Below the pieces are notes generated by a model. The model was not told the DNA's origin and made no database searches. It was given only the letters and a program-made list of their open reading frames with translations. Shown here piece by piece: positions 48,086-58,600 of a stretch of DNA of 64,000 nt. A program made the translations under genes and the position numbers. Location: assembly GCA_051532035.1 (NCBI GenBank), contig JAOPTW010000008.1, positions 96,001-160,000 of the forward strand, in the 5' to 3' direction. How positions within the stretch are numbered: position 1 is the first letter of the stretch; each line of letters starts with the position of its first letter. This DNA is from Fibrobacterales bacterium. Its GTDB lineage: Bacteria; Fibrobacterota; Fibrobacteria; Fibrobacterales; JAOPTW01.

Positions 48086-48182
48086 TCCCCATTTTACACT
48101 GATAAACTTGTATTTAAGGTTAAAAGAGTGTATTTTGAGCGAATATCTTTCTATTTTTGACCCACTTTAACCGTAGGAAACT

Positions 48183-48737
48183 ATGTATAAAAATCGAAAT
48201 TTCCATATAGGCCTCGTCATTGTAGGCTTTATTCTCGACCAAATTACCAAGCTCTGGGCTGTTGCAGCATTCGCTCTCGAAGATGGCACCCCCACCAATG
48301 AAGTGTACCGTCTTGTGGGCGACCTCTTTCGTTTTAGACTCGCCTATAACACTGGCGCAGCATTTAGTATGCAACCACAAAAAATTCTCCCTTTCTTATC
48401 ACCAACCATTTTCTATTTACTCCTCTCTACAATTGCAATTGTACTGATGATTATTTTTTATCGCAAGCTCCCCAAATGGGATTGGGCCTCAAAACTTGGA
48501 ATCTCTCTCATTTTGTCAGGTGCTTTTGGTAATATGTTTGATCGTATTCGTATTCAAAAAGTTATTGACTTTATCGATTGGGACTTCCCTGATATGATTA
48601 TTCATCGTTGGCCTACATTCAACCTCGCTGACAGCTGGGTTTGTATCGGAGTAGTTTTTGTTATACTCGGCCCAATGTTCCTTGACCCTAAAAAAAAGAA
48701 TAGTCCGTCAAACTCTTCTTCTGAAGTTGAACAATAA
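48183..48737 (+). CDS. lspA: Lipoprotein signal peptidase II
   Basis: DQITK, NTGAAFS, GA.GN..DR, VIDF and FNLADS motifs. Confidence 0.96.
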   Translation: MYKNRNFHIGLVIVGFILDQITKLWAVAAFALEDGTPTNEVYRLVGDLFRFRLAYNTGAAFSMQPQKILPFLSPTIFYLLLSTIAIVLMIIFYRKLPKWDWASKLGISLILSGAFGNMFDRIRIQKVIDFIDWDFPDMIIHRWPTFNLADSWVCIGVVFVILGPMFLDPKKKNSPSNSSSEVEQ

Positions 48738-48738
48738 T

Positions 48739-49704
48739 ATGTCAAATACTACCCATGCCGTTACGATCGAATCTGGTAAAATTCGCCTCGATAAATACCT
48801 ACAAGAAATTTACCCTGCTTACTCTCGTACCGACATCCACAAATGGATTGCTCAAGAAGCAATTACTGTAAATGAAAAGGGTATTAAAAAAAATCATCCC
48901 CTTTCAGATGGCGACACTATTGAAGTCGCCTTTCTTCTCGAAAAACCATCAATGAAGGTTGAACCTGAGCCCATGGATCTTGACATTGTCTTTGAAGATG
49001 ATGATCTACTGGTTATTAATAAACCTAAAGGCCTTGTGGTACATCCAGGGAATGGCATCTACACCGGCACCCTTGCTGCTGGAGTATTGCATCACTGTAA
49101 AACTCTTTCAACTATTAATGGCGAAGAACGTCCGGGCATTGTCCACCGTCTCGACAAAGATACTTCGGGCCTCATGATTGTTGCAAAGAACGATATGGCC
49201 CACGCAAACCTTGCAGCCCAGTTAGAACGTCGTGACATTAAACGAACGTATCGGTGTCTCGTATGGGGGGCCCCCCGTGACCTTGAAGGAACAATTGATG
49301 CCCCAATAGCGCGTGACCCTCGTTATAGAATACAAATGGCCATTTCTCAAACTGGGCGAAAAGCAGTAACGCACTATAAAACATTAGAGACTTATGGCTT
49401 TGCATCATACCTTGAAGTGAAACTCGAAACAGGGCGCACCCACCAAATACGTCTGCACATGCGTTACACGGGAATACCAATTATTGGAGACCCACTCTAT
49501 AATGGCCGTGAAAAACAGTCTAAAAATGTTGCCCCACTCTATAAAGCAGATGCTAAGAGAGCACTTACTTTAATGCCAAGTCAGGCACTTCAGGCGATTA
49601 AACTCCAGTTTAACCATCCAAGAACTGACGAACTCCTCACTTTTACTGCCGACCTGCAAGAAGATTTTCAAAAGTTGTTATCTTTTCTTCAGGGAACTCA
49701 GTAA
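48739..49704 (+). CDS. rluD: 23S rRNA pseudouridine synthase RluD-like
   Basis: S4 domain RLDKYL, NKP.GLVVHPG, HRLDKDTSG and GRTHQIR motifs. Confidence 0.9.
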   Translation: MSNTTHAVTIESGKIRLDKYLQEIYPAYSRTDIHKWIAQEAITVNEKGIKKNHPLSDGDTIEVAFLLEKPSMKVEPEPMDLDIVFEDDDLLVINKPKGLVVHPGNGIYTGTLAAGVLHHCKTLSTINGEERPGIVHRLDKDTSGLMIVAKNDMAHANLAAQLERRDIKRTYRCLVWGAPRDLEGTIDAPIARDPRYRIQMAISQTGRKAVTHYKTLETYGFASYLEVKLETGRTHQIRLHMRYTGIPIIGDPLYNGREKQSKNVAPLYKADAKRALTLMPSQALQAIKLQFNHPRTDELLTFTADLQEDFQKLLSFLQGTQ

Positions 49705-51155
49705 TGCAAATAAATAGACTCCGTGTTTTAAAAATTCTTGGCTTCCTGATAGTACTCCTATCAGGTTTTCTTATTTTACCCGGTCTTGTCGCACTCTATT
49801 ACAACGAATCCACCTATATCATCTTCTTTTACACCGCTAGTGGTTCACTCGTTCTCGGTGGACTCCTCGCCAAAATAAAGCCGAAAGAGACCAAAATCAA
49901 CTTTCGTGATAGTATTTTGGTGGTCTCTCTTGGTTGGATTGTCTTTTCACTCATAGGCGCCATCCCTTTTGTCTTCTACAGCCCTCTCAATTTTTCACAA
50001 GCAGTCTTCGAAACAATGTCTGGCTTTACCACCACCGGTGCCTCAGTTCTCAACGACATAGAAGCACTTGACCACTCCCTTCTCTTTTGGCGCAGCTTTA
50101 CCCATTGGCTTGGGGGGATGGGAATCATCGTCCTGAGTCTCGCCATTATGCCACTCCTCGGCTCATCCGGATCAAACATATACAAGGCAGAAGTCACCGG
50201 CCCTACCTCTGATAAAATCGCACCGAAACTTCAAAACATTGCAAAGCTTCTCTGGTATGTCTATGCAGGGCTCACCATCCTTCAGATCATCACCCTCTAC
50301 ATTGCAGGTATGGGTTGGTTTGATGCAACCTGTCACGCATTTGGCACTCTTGCAACTGGTGGTTTTTCAACTAAAAATGCCAGTATCGCAGCATATGATA
50401 ATAGTACAATCCACTGGATCATCACCTTTTTTATGCTTCTTGCGGGGGCCAACTTTGCTCTTCACATTCGAGCAATTTCGGGTAACATTGGCTACCTTTT
50501 TAGGGATATTGAGTTCAGAACCTATTTCCTTATTTTTGCCCTTACCTCACTCGCTATTGGGGGGACACTCTATTATACCGACCCAACAACTCCCTTCGCA
50601 ATCTATATTAGAGACTCCGCTTTTCAAGTAATTTCAATTTTAACTACTACGGGATTTGTCAGTGCCGACTACTCTATTTGGCCCTTTTTGACCCAGTTTC
50701 TGATCTTTGGCACGATGCTCATTGGCGGGTGTGGCGGTTCGACCGGTGGTGGGGTAAAAGTAATTCGTGTTATTATTCTCGTTAAATCGAGTATTGCCGA
50801 GCTCAGAAAGTTCCTCCATCCTCAAGCAGTCATGCAGTCGAAAGTGGGTGGAAACCCCGTAAAAGAAGATGTACAGCTTAATGTCAATGGTTTTTTTATA
50901 CTCTACGTTATGACAGTGATACTCACTGGTGGCCTTCTTACTGCAACAGGCCTCGACCTCGGTACCTCACTTTCAGCGGCACTCTCGAGTGTTGGGAATA
51001 TTGGCCCGGGCTTTGCCGGTGTTGGTCCGGTAAATAATTATGCAGGCATATCAGACTCTGGACTTTGGATTCTCTCTGTTGCTATGCTCGCTGGTCGTCT
51101 TGAAATGTATACGGTAATACTGCTCTTCTCAACAAATTTTTGGCGGGGTAGATAA
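49704..51155 (+). CDS. trkH: Trk potassium uptake membrane protein
   Basis: SGFTTTG, WLGGMGI, TGGFS, GSTGGG.K, N.GPG and GRLE motifs. Confidence 0.93.
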   Translation: MQINRLRVLKILGFLIVLLSGFLILPGLVALYYNESTYIIFFYTASGSLVLGGLLAKIKPKETKINFRDSILVVSLGWIVFSLIGAIPFVFYSPLNFSQAVFETMSGFTTTGASVLNDIEALDHSLLFWRSFTHWLGGMGIIVLSLAIMPLLGSSGSNIYKAEVTGPTSDKIAPKLQNIAKLLWYVYAGLTILQIITLYIAGMGWFDATCHAFGTLATGGFSTKNASIAAYDNSTIHWIITFFMLLAGANFALHIRAISGNIGYLFRDIEFRTYFLIFALTSLAIGGTLYYTDPTTPFAIYIRDSAFQVISILTTTGFVSADYSIWPFLTQFLIFGTMLIGGCGGSTGGGVKVIRVIILVKSSIAELRKFLHPQAVMQSKVGGNPVKEDVQLNVNGFFILYVMTVILTGGLLTATGLDLGTSLSAALSSVGNIGPGFAGVGPVNNYAGISDSGLWILSVAMLAGRLEMYTVILLFSTNFWRGR

Positions 51156-51173
51156 GCCTATATTCAGTACCTA

Positions 51174-52457
51174 TTATACAGGCTTAACCCGAAAACTGAA
51201 CCACCCCAAAACCCATCCTAACACTCCTGCAAGAAGCGCATATAGATCGAAAGTAGTGAAACGATAGTTATTCGCTTTTGTATACCGTTTTTTAGGGATC
51301 CCCATTCGTGCCGGTACAACACGCGGCACCCAGCCATACTGCTTAGGCGCTATCAAAACTTTGTTCCAAGTAATCGCTCCGCGCTTTTCAATATCAGTTA
51401 AGAGAAGAAGGTCTCCTACGTGAAAGCGCTTGAGTGTTGTGGCACTAAGCCGAGGGCGGCTTTTAACATCGGTATCAGGCTCCAAAATATTAACAAAGAG
51501 ATGGCTTGACGTAATAAGGTCACTCTGCTTCATATCCATTGGGTTGGCAATTAAGGCAAGATAGATAATCAGATATGCGACAGCACCATACATCCCCCCT
51601 TTGAGAGCCCGGAAAAGGTTGAGGGAGAGATGTGAATAATTGATCAACTTATAGAGCCCAACAAGAATAAGCCCTAGGAATGGAAACACAAATTGAGGGT
51701 ACTCCCGCGCCCCCTGAAAAGGGTCAAGTAATATAATAGAGAGCCACTCTATATCAGCAAGAAAAAAACGTATTGTGCTACTATAGAGAAAGTAGAGCCA
51801 GATAAGCGTAATTGCCAACGAGACACTCACTGCAATACGCTGATTTCGGTTTGAAGGCATAAAGGTCACTACTCGAACGCCACCAATAAGGGAGTCAGAC
51901 TTCTCCCACTGAACGTGATACAGCATGAGTTTTTTCTTTTTACCTTTTGGTAAAAAACTTCCCCCTCGTTTAAGAGGAAACTCTTTTTTGAGCATCTCTT
52001 GGGTCTTTTTTGAAATACAGATTTCATCTTTACCCGCTTCACTCTCGACCCGGGCTGCAACATTAACGACATCACCAAAAACATCTGTATCCTCGATGAT
52101 TGCACGACCAGAATGGATACCAATTCGAATATGAAGATTAAAGGTGTTGTGTTCTGTTCGCTCACGACGCAAAATCTGCTGACACCCAATTGCCGCCCTA
52201 AGGGCATTATCAGGGTTTTTAAATGAAGCCATAATGGCATCGCCAATGGTCTTTAGAATCTTACCCTTGTACTGCTTAATAACACTAAAGAGAAGTCTAT
52301 TATGCAGGTCAACCTGAACCCGCGCCTCGACATCGCCCACCTTTTCCCAAAATTTTGTTGAATCAACAATATCGGTAAACAGAACCGTCACCTTTTTTTG
52401 GGACTTTTCAATATGTTTTGCGACGCTGAGGGATTGGGTACGTTTTATATCTGCCAT
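51174..52457 (-). CDS. Class III adenylate/guanylate cyclase with C-terminal TM helices and SH3b-like domain
   Basis: FTDIVDST, KTIGDAIMA, RIGIH.G and DVFGD.VN.AARVES motifs; then TM segments and W.KV......GWV. Confidence 0.85.
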   Translation of the reverse strand: MADIKRTQSLSVAKHIEKSQKKVTVLFTDIVDSTKFWEKVGDVEARVQVDLHNRLLFSVIKQYKGKILKTIGDAIMASFKNPDNALRAAIGCQQILRRERTEHNTFNLHIRIGIHSGRAIIEDTDVFGDVVNVAARVESEAGKDEICISKKTQEMLKKEFPLKRGGSFLPKGKKKKLMLYHVQWEKSDSLIGGVRVVTFMPSNRNQRIAVSVSLAITLIWLYFLYSSTIRFFLADIEWLSIILLDPFQGAREYPQFVFPFLGLILVGLYKLINYSHLSLNLFRALKGGMYGAVAYLIIYLALIANPMDMKQSDLITSSHLFVNILEPDTDVKSRPRLSATTLKRFHVGDLLLLTDIEKRGAITWNKVLIAPKQYGWVPRVVPARMGIPKKRYTKANNYRFTTFDLYALLAGVLGWVLGWFSFRVKPV

Positions 52458-52464
52458 GAAGATA

Positions 52465-52486
52465 AAATAGGATAATTATCCTATTT
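52465..52486. promoter_or_regulatory. Perfect 22-bp palindrome (candidate operator)
   Basis: AAATAGGATAATTATCCTATTT. Confidence 0.5.
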
Positions 52487-52540
52487 GCAAAGGAGAGAGT
52501 ATGGGCTGGCAGATTATTTTAAAAATGTTTACAAAGGGGA

Positions 52541-53650
52541 TCACTTCGAAAAGTGCTCACCCTCTTGTATCTCATTCCGGACTTTACCATTTAGGTCTTT
52601 TACTGCACCTGGATTAAAAGGCACTTCGCCAAATTTTGCGACTTGTTCGGCATAAAAGGTATCGAGACTTCCCATGAAACCATCGAGCTCATCGCTACGT
52701 AGTAAAAGCATACGCCCCTCTGATGCATTTGGAATACTCTTCATGAGTCGAGCGGTAATCTGTTTCATCTTACCCAGAATTGCAAACTCAGGAACACCTG
52801 CTTCTTCAAGCTTTTTCTTATAGACCATAAAGACATTTTTTTGATCTTCGTAAGTCGGTACACGAATTTCTCGTCCTTCATAGTAATCGACAATTTGACC
52901 AAATATCCATGGATTGTGCATTGCACCACGACCAATAGAGATACCATCCACACCATAAGTATTGAGTCGGTGTATAAACTCTTCAACAGTTTTGACATCA
53001 CCATTACCCACAACAGGAATATGGTTGACCGCCTGTTTCGCTTCAGCTATTTTTTCCCAATCTGCTTCACCACGATACCCTTGAGTACGGGTTCTTCCAT
53101 GAATAATAAAAAGATCAAGATCTTCACTTTCGGCAAGTTGTGCAGTTTCGATCACATTAATAGTATCACTATCCCACCCCAGGCGTACTTTGAGAGAGAG
53201 CGGTATTGAAATCTCTTTGCGCATTTTCTGGAGCATCTCTTGCAGGTGATCAAGATCTCTAAGAAGCCCTGAACCGCCACCGCGCTTTACCACTTTTGGA
53301 GCAGGGCACCCTGCATTAATCTCGACCATATCGGCGCCATGTTCTTGGGCCATAACAGCACCCTTAACCATCCGTTCAATATCGGCACCAAAAACCTGAA
53401 TACAAAAAGGGTGCTCTTCTGGATGAAAAGACATCTGCGTTATGGTATTGGGAATAAATCGAGTAATGCCTTCAACAGAGACAAATTCTGAAACAAGTAG
53501 TCCAGAAACTCCTCCGCATACCTCTTTTACCGTTCTTCTAAAACTGGTATTGGTTACTCCATGCATAGGAGAGAGAATTGCATTAGGAAAAATCTCAAGA
53601 TCTCCAACCTTAAGTATTTTTTTGTGGGGTTCACCGTAAATTTTTGACAT
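52541..53650 (-). CDS. dusB: tRNA-dihydrouridine synthase (DusB-like)
   Basis: LSPM.G, IN.GCP..KV...GGSGL, K.RLGW, HGRTR and NGDV motifs. Start is 53650 or 53686. Confidence 0.88.
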   Translation of the reverse strand: MSKIYGEPHKKILKVGDLEIFPNAILSPMHGVTNTSFRRTVKEVCGGVSGLLVSEFVSVEGITRFIPNTITQMSFHPEEHPFCIQVFGADIERMVKGAVMAQEHGADMVEINAGCPAPKVVKRGGGSGLLRDLDHLQEMLQKMRKEISIPLSLKVRLGWDSDTINVIETAQLAESEDLDLFIIHGRTRTQGYRGEADWEKIAEAKQAVNHIPVVGNGDVKTVEEFIHRLNTYGVDGISIGRGAMHNPWIFGQIVDYYEGREIRVPTYEDQKNVFMVYKKKLEEAGVPEFAILGKMKQITARLMKSIPNASEGRMLLLRSDELDGFMGSLDTFYAEQVAKFGEVPFNPGAVKDLNGKVRNEIQEGEHFSK

Positions 53651-53840
53651 AATAATAGGGTTGGCTGATTGTCCGTAAGTGCCCAAAGATAATTAATTTA
53701 GAGAGGGCATGCCAGCTGAGATGAATATATATTGAAATTGTAAAAAGAATATTCTCCATGCCTTGATTTTAGAAATAAGTTACATATATTTAAAACTGCA
53801 CACAACATGTAGTGGTGTAACTTAGCCAGGAGTACTAAAC

Positions 53841-54167
53841 TTGCCAAACGTAACAAAACGAGACATTGTACTAGATATCGCACGTTCAACTGGATTTACC
53901 CAGACTCAAATTAGAGGCGTTGTCGATGAATTTTTCACAATTGTCGCCAAAGAGCTCCAAGCAGATAAAAAAATTGAACTGCGTGGGTTCGGCACATTCT
54001 ATACTAAGGATCGAAAACCTCGATTAGCTCGAAATCCTAAAACAGGAGAGCCAGTTCAGCTCGAAAAAACACGCGCTCCACTCCTTAAGTTCTCATCGGA
54101 CATTAAAGACAAAATTAATACCACTATTGAACTCCCTACAGAAGAAAGAATTCATTCAAGCATCTAA
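53841..54167 (+). CDS. IHF/HU family DNA-binding protein
   Basis: TK.DI, IELRGFGTF and R.ARNPKTGE motifs; AGGAG SD. Confidence 0.93.
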   Translation: MPNVTKRDIVLDIARSTGFTQTQIRGVVDEFFTIVAKELQADKKIELRGFGTFYTKDRKPRLARNPKTGEPVQLEKTRAPLLKFSSDIKDKINTTIELPTEERIHSSI

Positions 54168-54242
54168 TAGGCAAAAAGAGCTGAATTTCCTTAAATTGCT
54201 CTAAATCACCCTAAATAATCAAGTTACTCAAATTTATTACCG

Positions 54243-54272
54243 ATAGAAGAACAGTAGTTCTTCTATTTTTAT
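54243..54272 (+). terminator. Intrinsic terminator after IHF/HU gene
   Basis: ATAGAAGAAC-AGTA-GTTCTTCTAT-TTTT. Confidence 0.6.
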
Positions 54273-54286
54273 TTGTATCGGAATAT

Positions 54287-55684
54287 GTGATGCGGAGTAG
54301 CGTGAAATTTTCATTGAGAACATATTATAGCCCATTGGTGATTGTTATCGTAGCGGTTATCCTCTGTGCCTCTATTTCTTATTCTCAGATGCCTTCCTTT
54401 ACAACTCAAAATGAAAAACATGTAACCCGATGGAATTTGCAGTATACGTTAGCTCAATACCACCATAACTTAAAAAAAGCAGAAGCTCAAATTCTTATCA
54501 CCATTCCATTGAGTAAGAAGACCCCTGTACCTTATGCTTATTCTGAGTTCACAGGGCAAACAGCCTATCTTTCAAAAACATCTCCCGATCAAGAGGAACT
54601 CTTTTCAAGTACTCTTTCCATCGGTATCCCATTTCTTGACGGTCTTGCCTTTCTGGATTATGGAGAAAATACAACTCTACAAATAGAGTCTTTTATAAGT
54701 AATGCTTCACTCACTATTGATACTACTATTGAATCAAAGGGAGCCATCAATCTCCACGCCTTCCATTCATCTGACTTCTCTTTAGATCAATACTGGAATA
54801 CCCTCCGGATGGGATATATATTACAATCGAGCACTCATACTCAAATGGGCTTTACACTCAATCGGCACTGGTTTGGGATACAGGCCAACGGGAATTACAT
54901 TGGAGCACTCGAAGGAACGCTGAGTAGAACAACACCTCTCAGCTCAATGACTTATAATCTAAACTACTCAGACAATCAATACCAAGGTTCACTCAACGGA
55001 TCTTACTCTGGCACTGGCTGGTCTCCCGAAATCAGTATAAAATATGGGCCGGTGCGCCTGGAAGCAAAATTTGCAACCGAGATAACCCTTACAGGAAACA
55101 CGTCGATTAACCACACAACTCCCTACCTTATTGATGCATTAACGCTTAACCCCACTGACACCATTATTGACTCACTTCTCTCAGACAAAAGCCTTGATCA
55201 AGCATCACGTGGCGCTACCCATTCCACCGTGTATGAGACAAAGTCTCCTTTAAGCTTTTCGACACCGCACTTTTATACACTAGAAGTAGAACTTCTTGAT
55301 AGCACTCTGTTTATGTCATACACCAAAACCTTTGGCTCATTTTCACTCGTTGCAGCACAAGATTCGTTAGATAAGGCCACTGCCGCCGACATACGAAAGC
55401 ATCTCACATTCAAAGGGTACATAGATCACCTTACTATGATTCAAGCGGCTTTCACCTACGGCTATGGCGCTGCAGGTTTTCTTATAATGAACAATCTTCC
55501 CGTTGCTCAAGCAAATCTTTTTAACTATTACAAAGAGGGGAACGTACTCGACAAGGTAACGACTGCAGTCTTTGTACCAATTTTGTATGGTGGTCTCCTT
55601 GTTGGTTCCTCTGTTCAATTTGAAGTACAGCTCCATGTCGCACCAATGGTCTCTCTAAAGCTAGGAGTTCGTTATGTGTTTTAA
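54287..55684 (+). CDS. Hypothetical outer-membrane beta-barrel protein
   Basis: Signal peptide, beta-strand pattern and C-terminal beta-signal LKLGVRYVF. Confidence 0.55.
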   Translation: MMRSSVKFSLRTYYSPLVIVIVAVILCASISYSQMPSFTTQNEKHVTRWNLQYTLAQYHHNLKKAEAQILITIPLSKKTPVPYAYSEFTGQTAYLSKTSPDQEELFSSTLSIGIPFLDGLAFLDYGENTTLQIESFISNASLTIDTTIESKGAINLHAFHSSDFSLDQYWNTLRMGYILQSSTHTQMGFTLNRHWFGIQANGNYIGALEGTLSRTTPLSSMTYNLNYSDNQYQGSLNGSYSGTGWSPEISIKYGPVRLEAKFATEITLTGNTSINHTTPYLIDALTLNPTDTIIDSLLSDKSLDQASRGATHSTVYETKSPLSFSTPHFYTLEVELLDSTLFMSYTKTFGSFSLVAAQDSLDKATAADIRKHLTFKGYIDHLTMIQAAFTYGYGAAGFLIMNNLPVAQANLFNYYKEGNVLDKVTTAVFVPILYGGLLVGSSVQFEVQLHVAPMVSLKLGVRYVF

Positions 55685-58600
55685 AAATTTATTCCTTCTT
55701 ATAGTGCTCCCTTCGCTCATTTACTCTGCAATAACTATTACAAAACAGCCAGAGTATGACAAAATTACCCGTCAAACATCACTCTCTTTTTCTGCAACGC
55801 CAGGCATACCAACCAATGATGTTCGAATATTTGTATCACCAATAAGTCATCCTACTATCACCAATTTTCACACGTCCATAACAGACCTTACTATCACTAC
55901 CGATAGTGATTCAACGGCAGTGATTCTTTTCTCGTACCCGGACCATCTCCCTTATGGCGCATACTACGTACGAATAACTAATGCACTTCAGAGTGAATAC
56001 TCCATGGAAATGCCAGCCCTCAACCCATCGCCTAATCCCGTTAAGATCAACACACCATCTTCACACGACCTCTCTTCAAACCCAACACTCACTTGGGAAA
56101 GAGATGGCCTACCCGCATTTCACCTTATTCTCTCTTCATCACCTATAGTCAACACCGACGACCTCACTTATTTTATTGATAACGCTTCTATTGTATGGCA
56201 AACAATTACTACAGAAAACAGATTTACCTTCACGCCTCAAATGGAACAGTTCCCATCACTTCTCCCGTCACAACAGTATACTCTTATCATTGCCCCAAGC
56301 TATGACATTAACTCTCCCTTACTCACCGATTTTACTACAGCATCACTTCTGACTTTTACTCAAAGTGAGCGCCCTCAAACTGATAGTAGCTTTGTTGCTC
56401 ATTTTGAAAACCTATTAGGCACACTCCCTCTTGCACTCACTACCATTCAATGGATGAGTGACACGTCAAGTAATAATTCCTATGAACTGACACTTCTTGA
56501 AGCAAAAATAGAGAGAGGTATTAAAAGTTATTCAGAGGTACTCACCCGTTCCACCACAGAAAACTACCTCTCTCTCCCGCTCAATTCAATTGTAACAGCT
56601 GGTAGTTTTCGACTCCTTCTTCACACTTTAGATGGTAGTGGAACAGTCATTGGGGCAGACACTGCAGCATTTGTTATACCGGCCGACTCACTCTCTGGTG
56701 CTCATACTTCTATTGTACAATTCTTGATCCAAACTATAGACAATGGGCAAACCCGTTATTTGGACAACGCAACAATCACTCTTACATCACTCAAGAGTCG
56801 CTCAACAAAAGTTATAAAGTCAGGCTCACACCTTGCACCACTCTCTCAGGCGGGATATATTGAAGTAAGGCTCGAACAAGGCCCCTATCACATCACTATT
56901 GAAAAAATGGGATTTGAACCCTATATTACTGAAGCCTCAATTGAGTCGACCACAGAGCTCATTCAAGCAACACTCCATGCAACACCGCAACTCCTCACGG
57001 GCAGAGTAATTGACCACAACAAACTCCCCATTCCTCAACTCCAACTTATTCTAAAACGGTTCGAATCAGGACATACCTCTATGGTTACTACTGACAATCT
57101 CGGACGATACTTTGCAACAGTTTCTGAAGGTCACTATTCAATTACATCGGCGAGAAACTCTCAGTACGAAACCATTACTCAGCAAATAAGTATTCAGCGT
57201 GACAGTGTCACCGCTCTTCAAGATATTATTGTGAGCCATACCGCTCACTCTATGACAGGTGCAATTGCAGATCAAACAGCAAGCCCCATAGCCAACGCAC
57301 AAATAATGGTCTATCACAAACAAGAACATATTGCTACAACTCAGACAGACCAATCAGGCTTTTTTCAACTGCAATTATCACCTGGGAGATACACTGTTCA
57401 AACCTCCAAACAGGGATTTAGTACCGTGCGCAGTGAGCATGACCTCTTTGCTCCCCTTTTTATTGATCACACACTTTCATCAACATTTAATACCGTCACC
57501 GGGAGTACTCGGCTCCGAAGAGATATTACACAAAATTCAACCACCTATCAAGTGGTTCCCGATCAACAAATCTGGATTGTTCGACAAGACTCCACAGCAG
57601 ATACTCTATGGGCAAAAACTGACGAGTATGGATATTTTTCACTATCGGTCCCCTATAGCGGAACAGATGCCCCCCCCGACACATTTATAGCGGGAACACG
57701 ACTATCCGAGTACGCAATTGCAGCGCTCTCGGAGCCACTTATTTTTGATGCGCCCCGCAAAGTTGAGAAGACAACACTCACACTCTATTTACAAGCAACT
57801 ATTACCGGTTCTTTTACATTGAGTGATCTCTCTATGCCCCCCGTATCTCATTGTACGGCATCACTTATAGATACCACTACTCTTGTATCTTACCCCACTA
57901 TACTCTACCGGAATGATAGTGCATTTGTATACAGCGTCTATAATATTCCCCGTGGTGTATATCGGTTTTCAATCAATGCTCCAGGGTTTTCACAAAACGC
58001 CCCATTTATTATGAACGACCTCGAAAACATAATTGCCCCCCGTAACCTCTATACCATTCCCCCTATAGTGCTCACCCCTCATTCTGAGGTGAGTACCTTT
58101 ATTGCAGTATCACAATTGAACAATACAATGCCCCTCAAAGCAACCGTGGACCTCACCCTTCCCCTTTCACGGATACTCGACACGGACTCAACCTACGCAC
58201 TCCCCGATGGGATCTATCACTACTCCGCAACAGCCCACAACGACACCTTACTCCCTATAGCTCATGCGACACTATCCGTTACTTCTGGCGATACTATCAT
58301 GCTCCCTTTTAATGTCGCACATAATCCCGCCCCCCTCTACAACTCTCCCTACCCCGGAACCTATACGCTGACTGTAACAAGTAGCGATAGTATCGATTCA
58401 GGATATGTTTATTACGAAACGCCCTTTGGCATCATCACCGACACCATCATTCAGCAAACGGTAACTCCAACCCAAACGTCAATACTTTTTGGTATGCCCA
58501 AACAGATTGCTCTTTCAGCATACTCCTTCAAAATTTTTGTAAATGGTATCTGTTACTCAAACAATCAACCTGGGCATCAATTTATTACTCAATTTAGTAA

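Noticed and set aside
57670..57677. C8 tract in the large surface-protein gene as a phase-variation switch
   Set aside because: Short, in frame, and expected given the C-rich strand; no supporting evidence.
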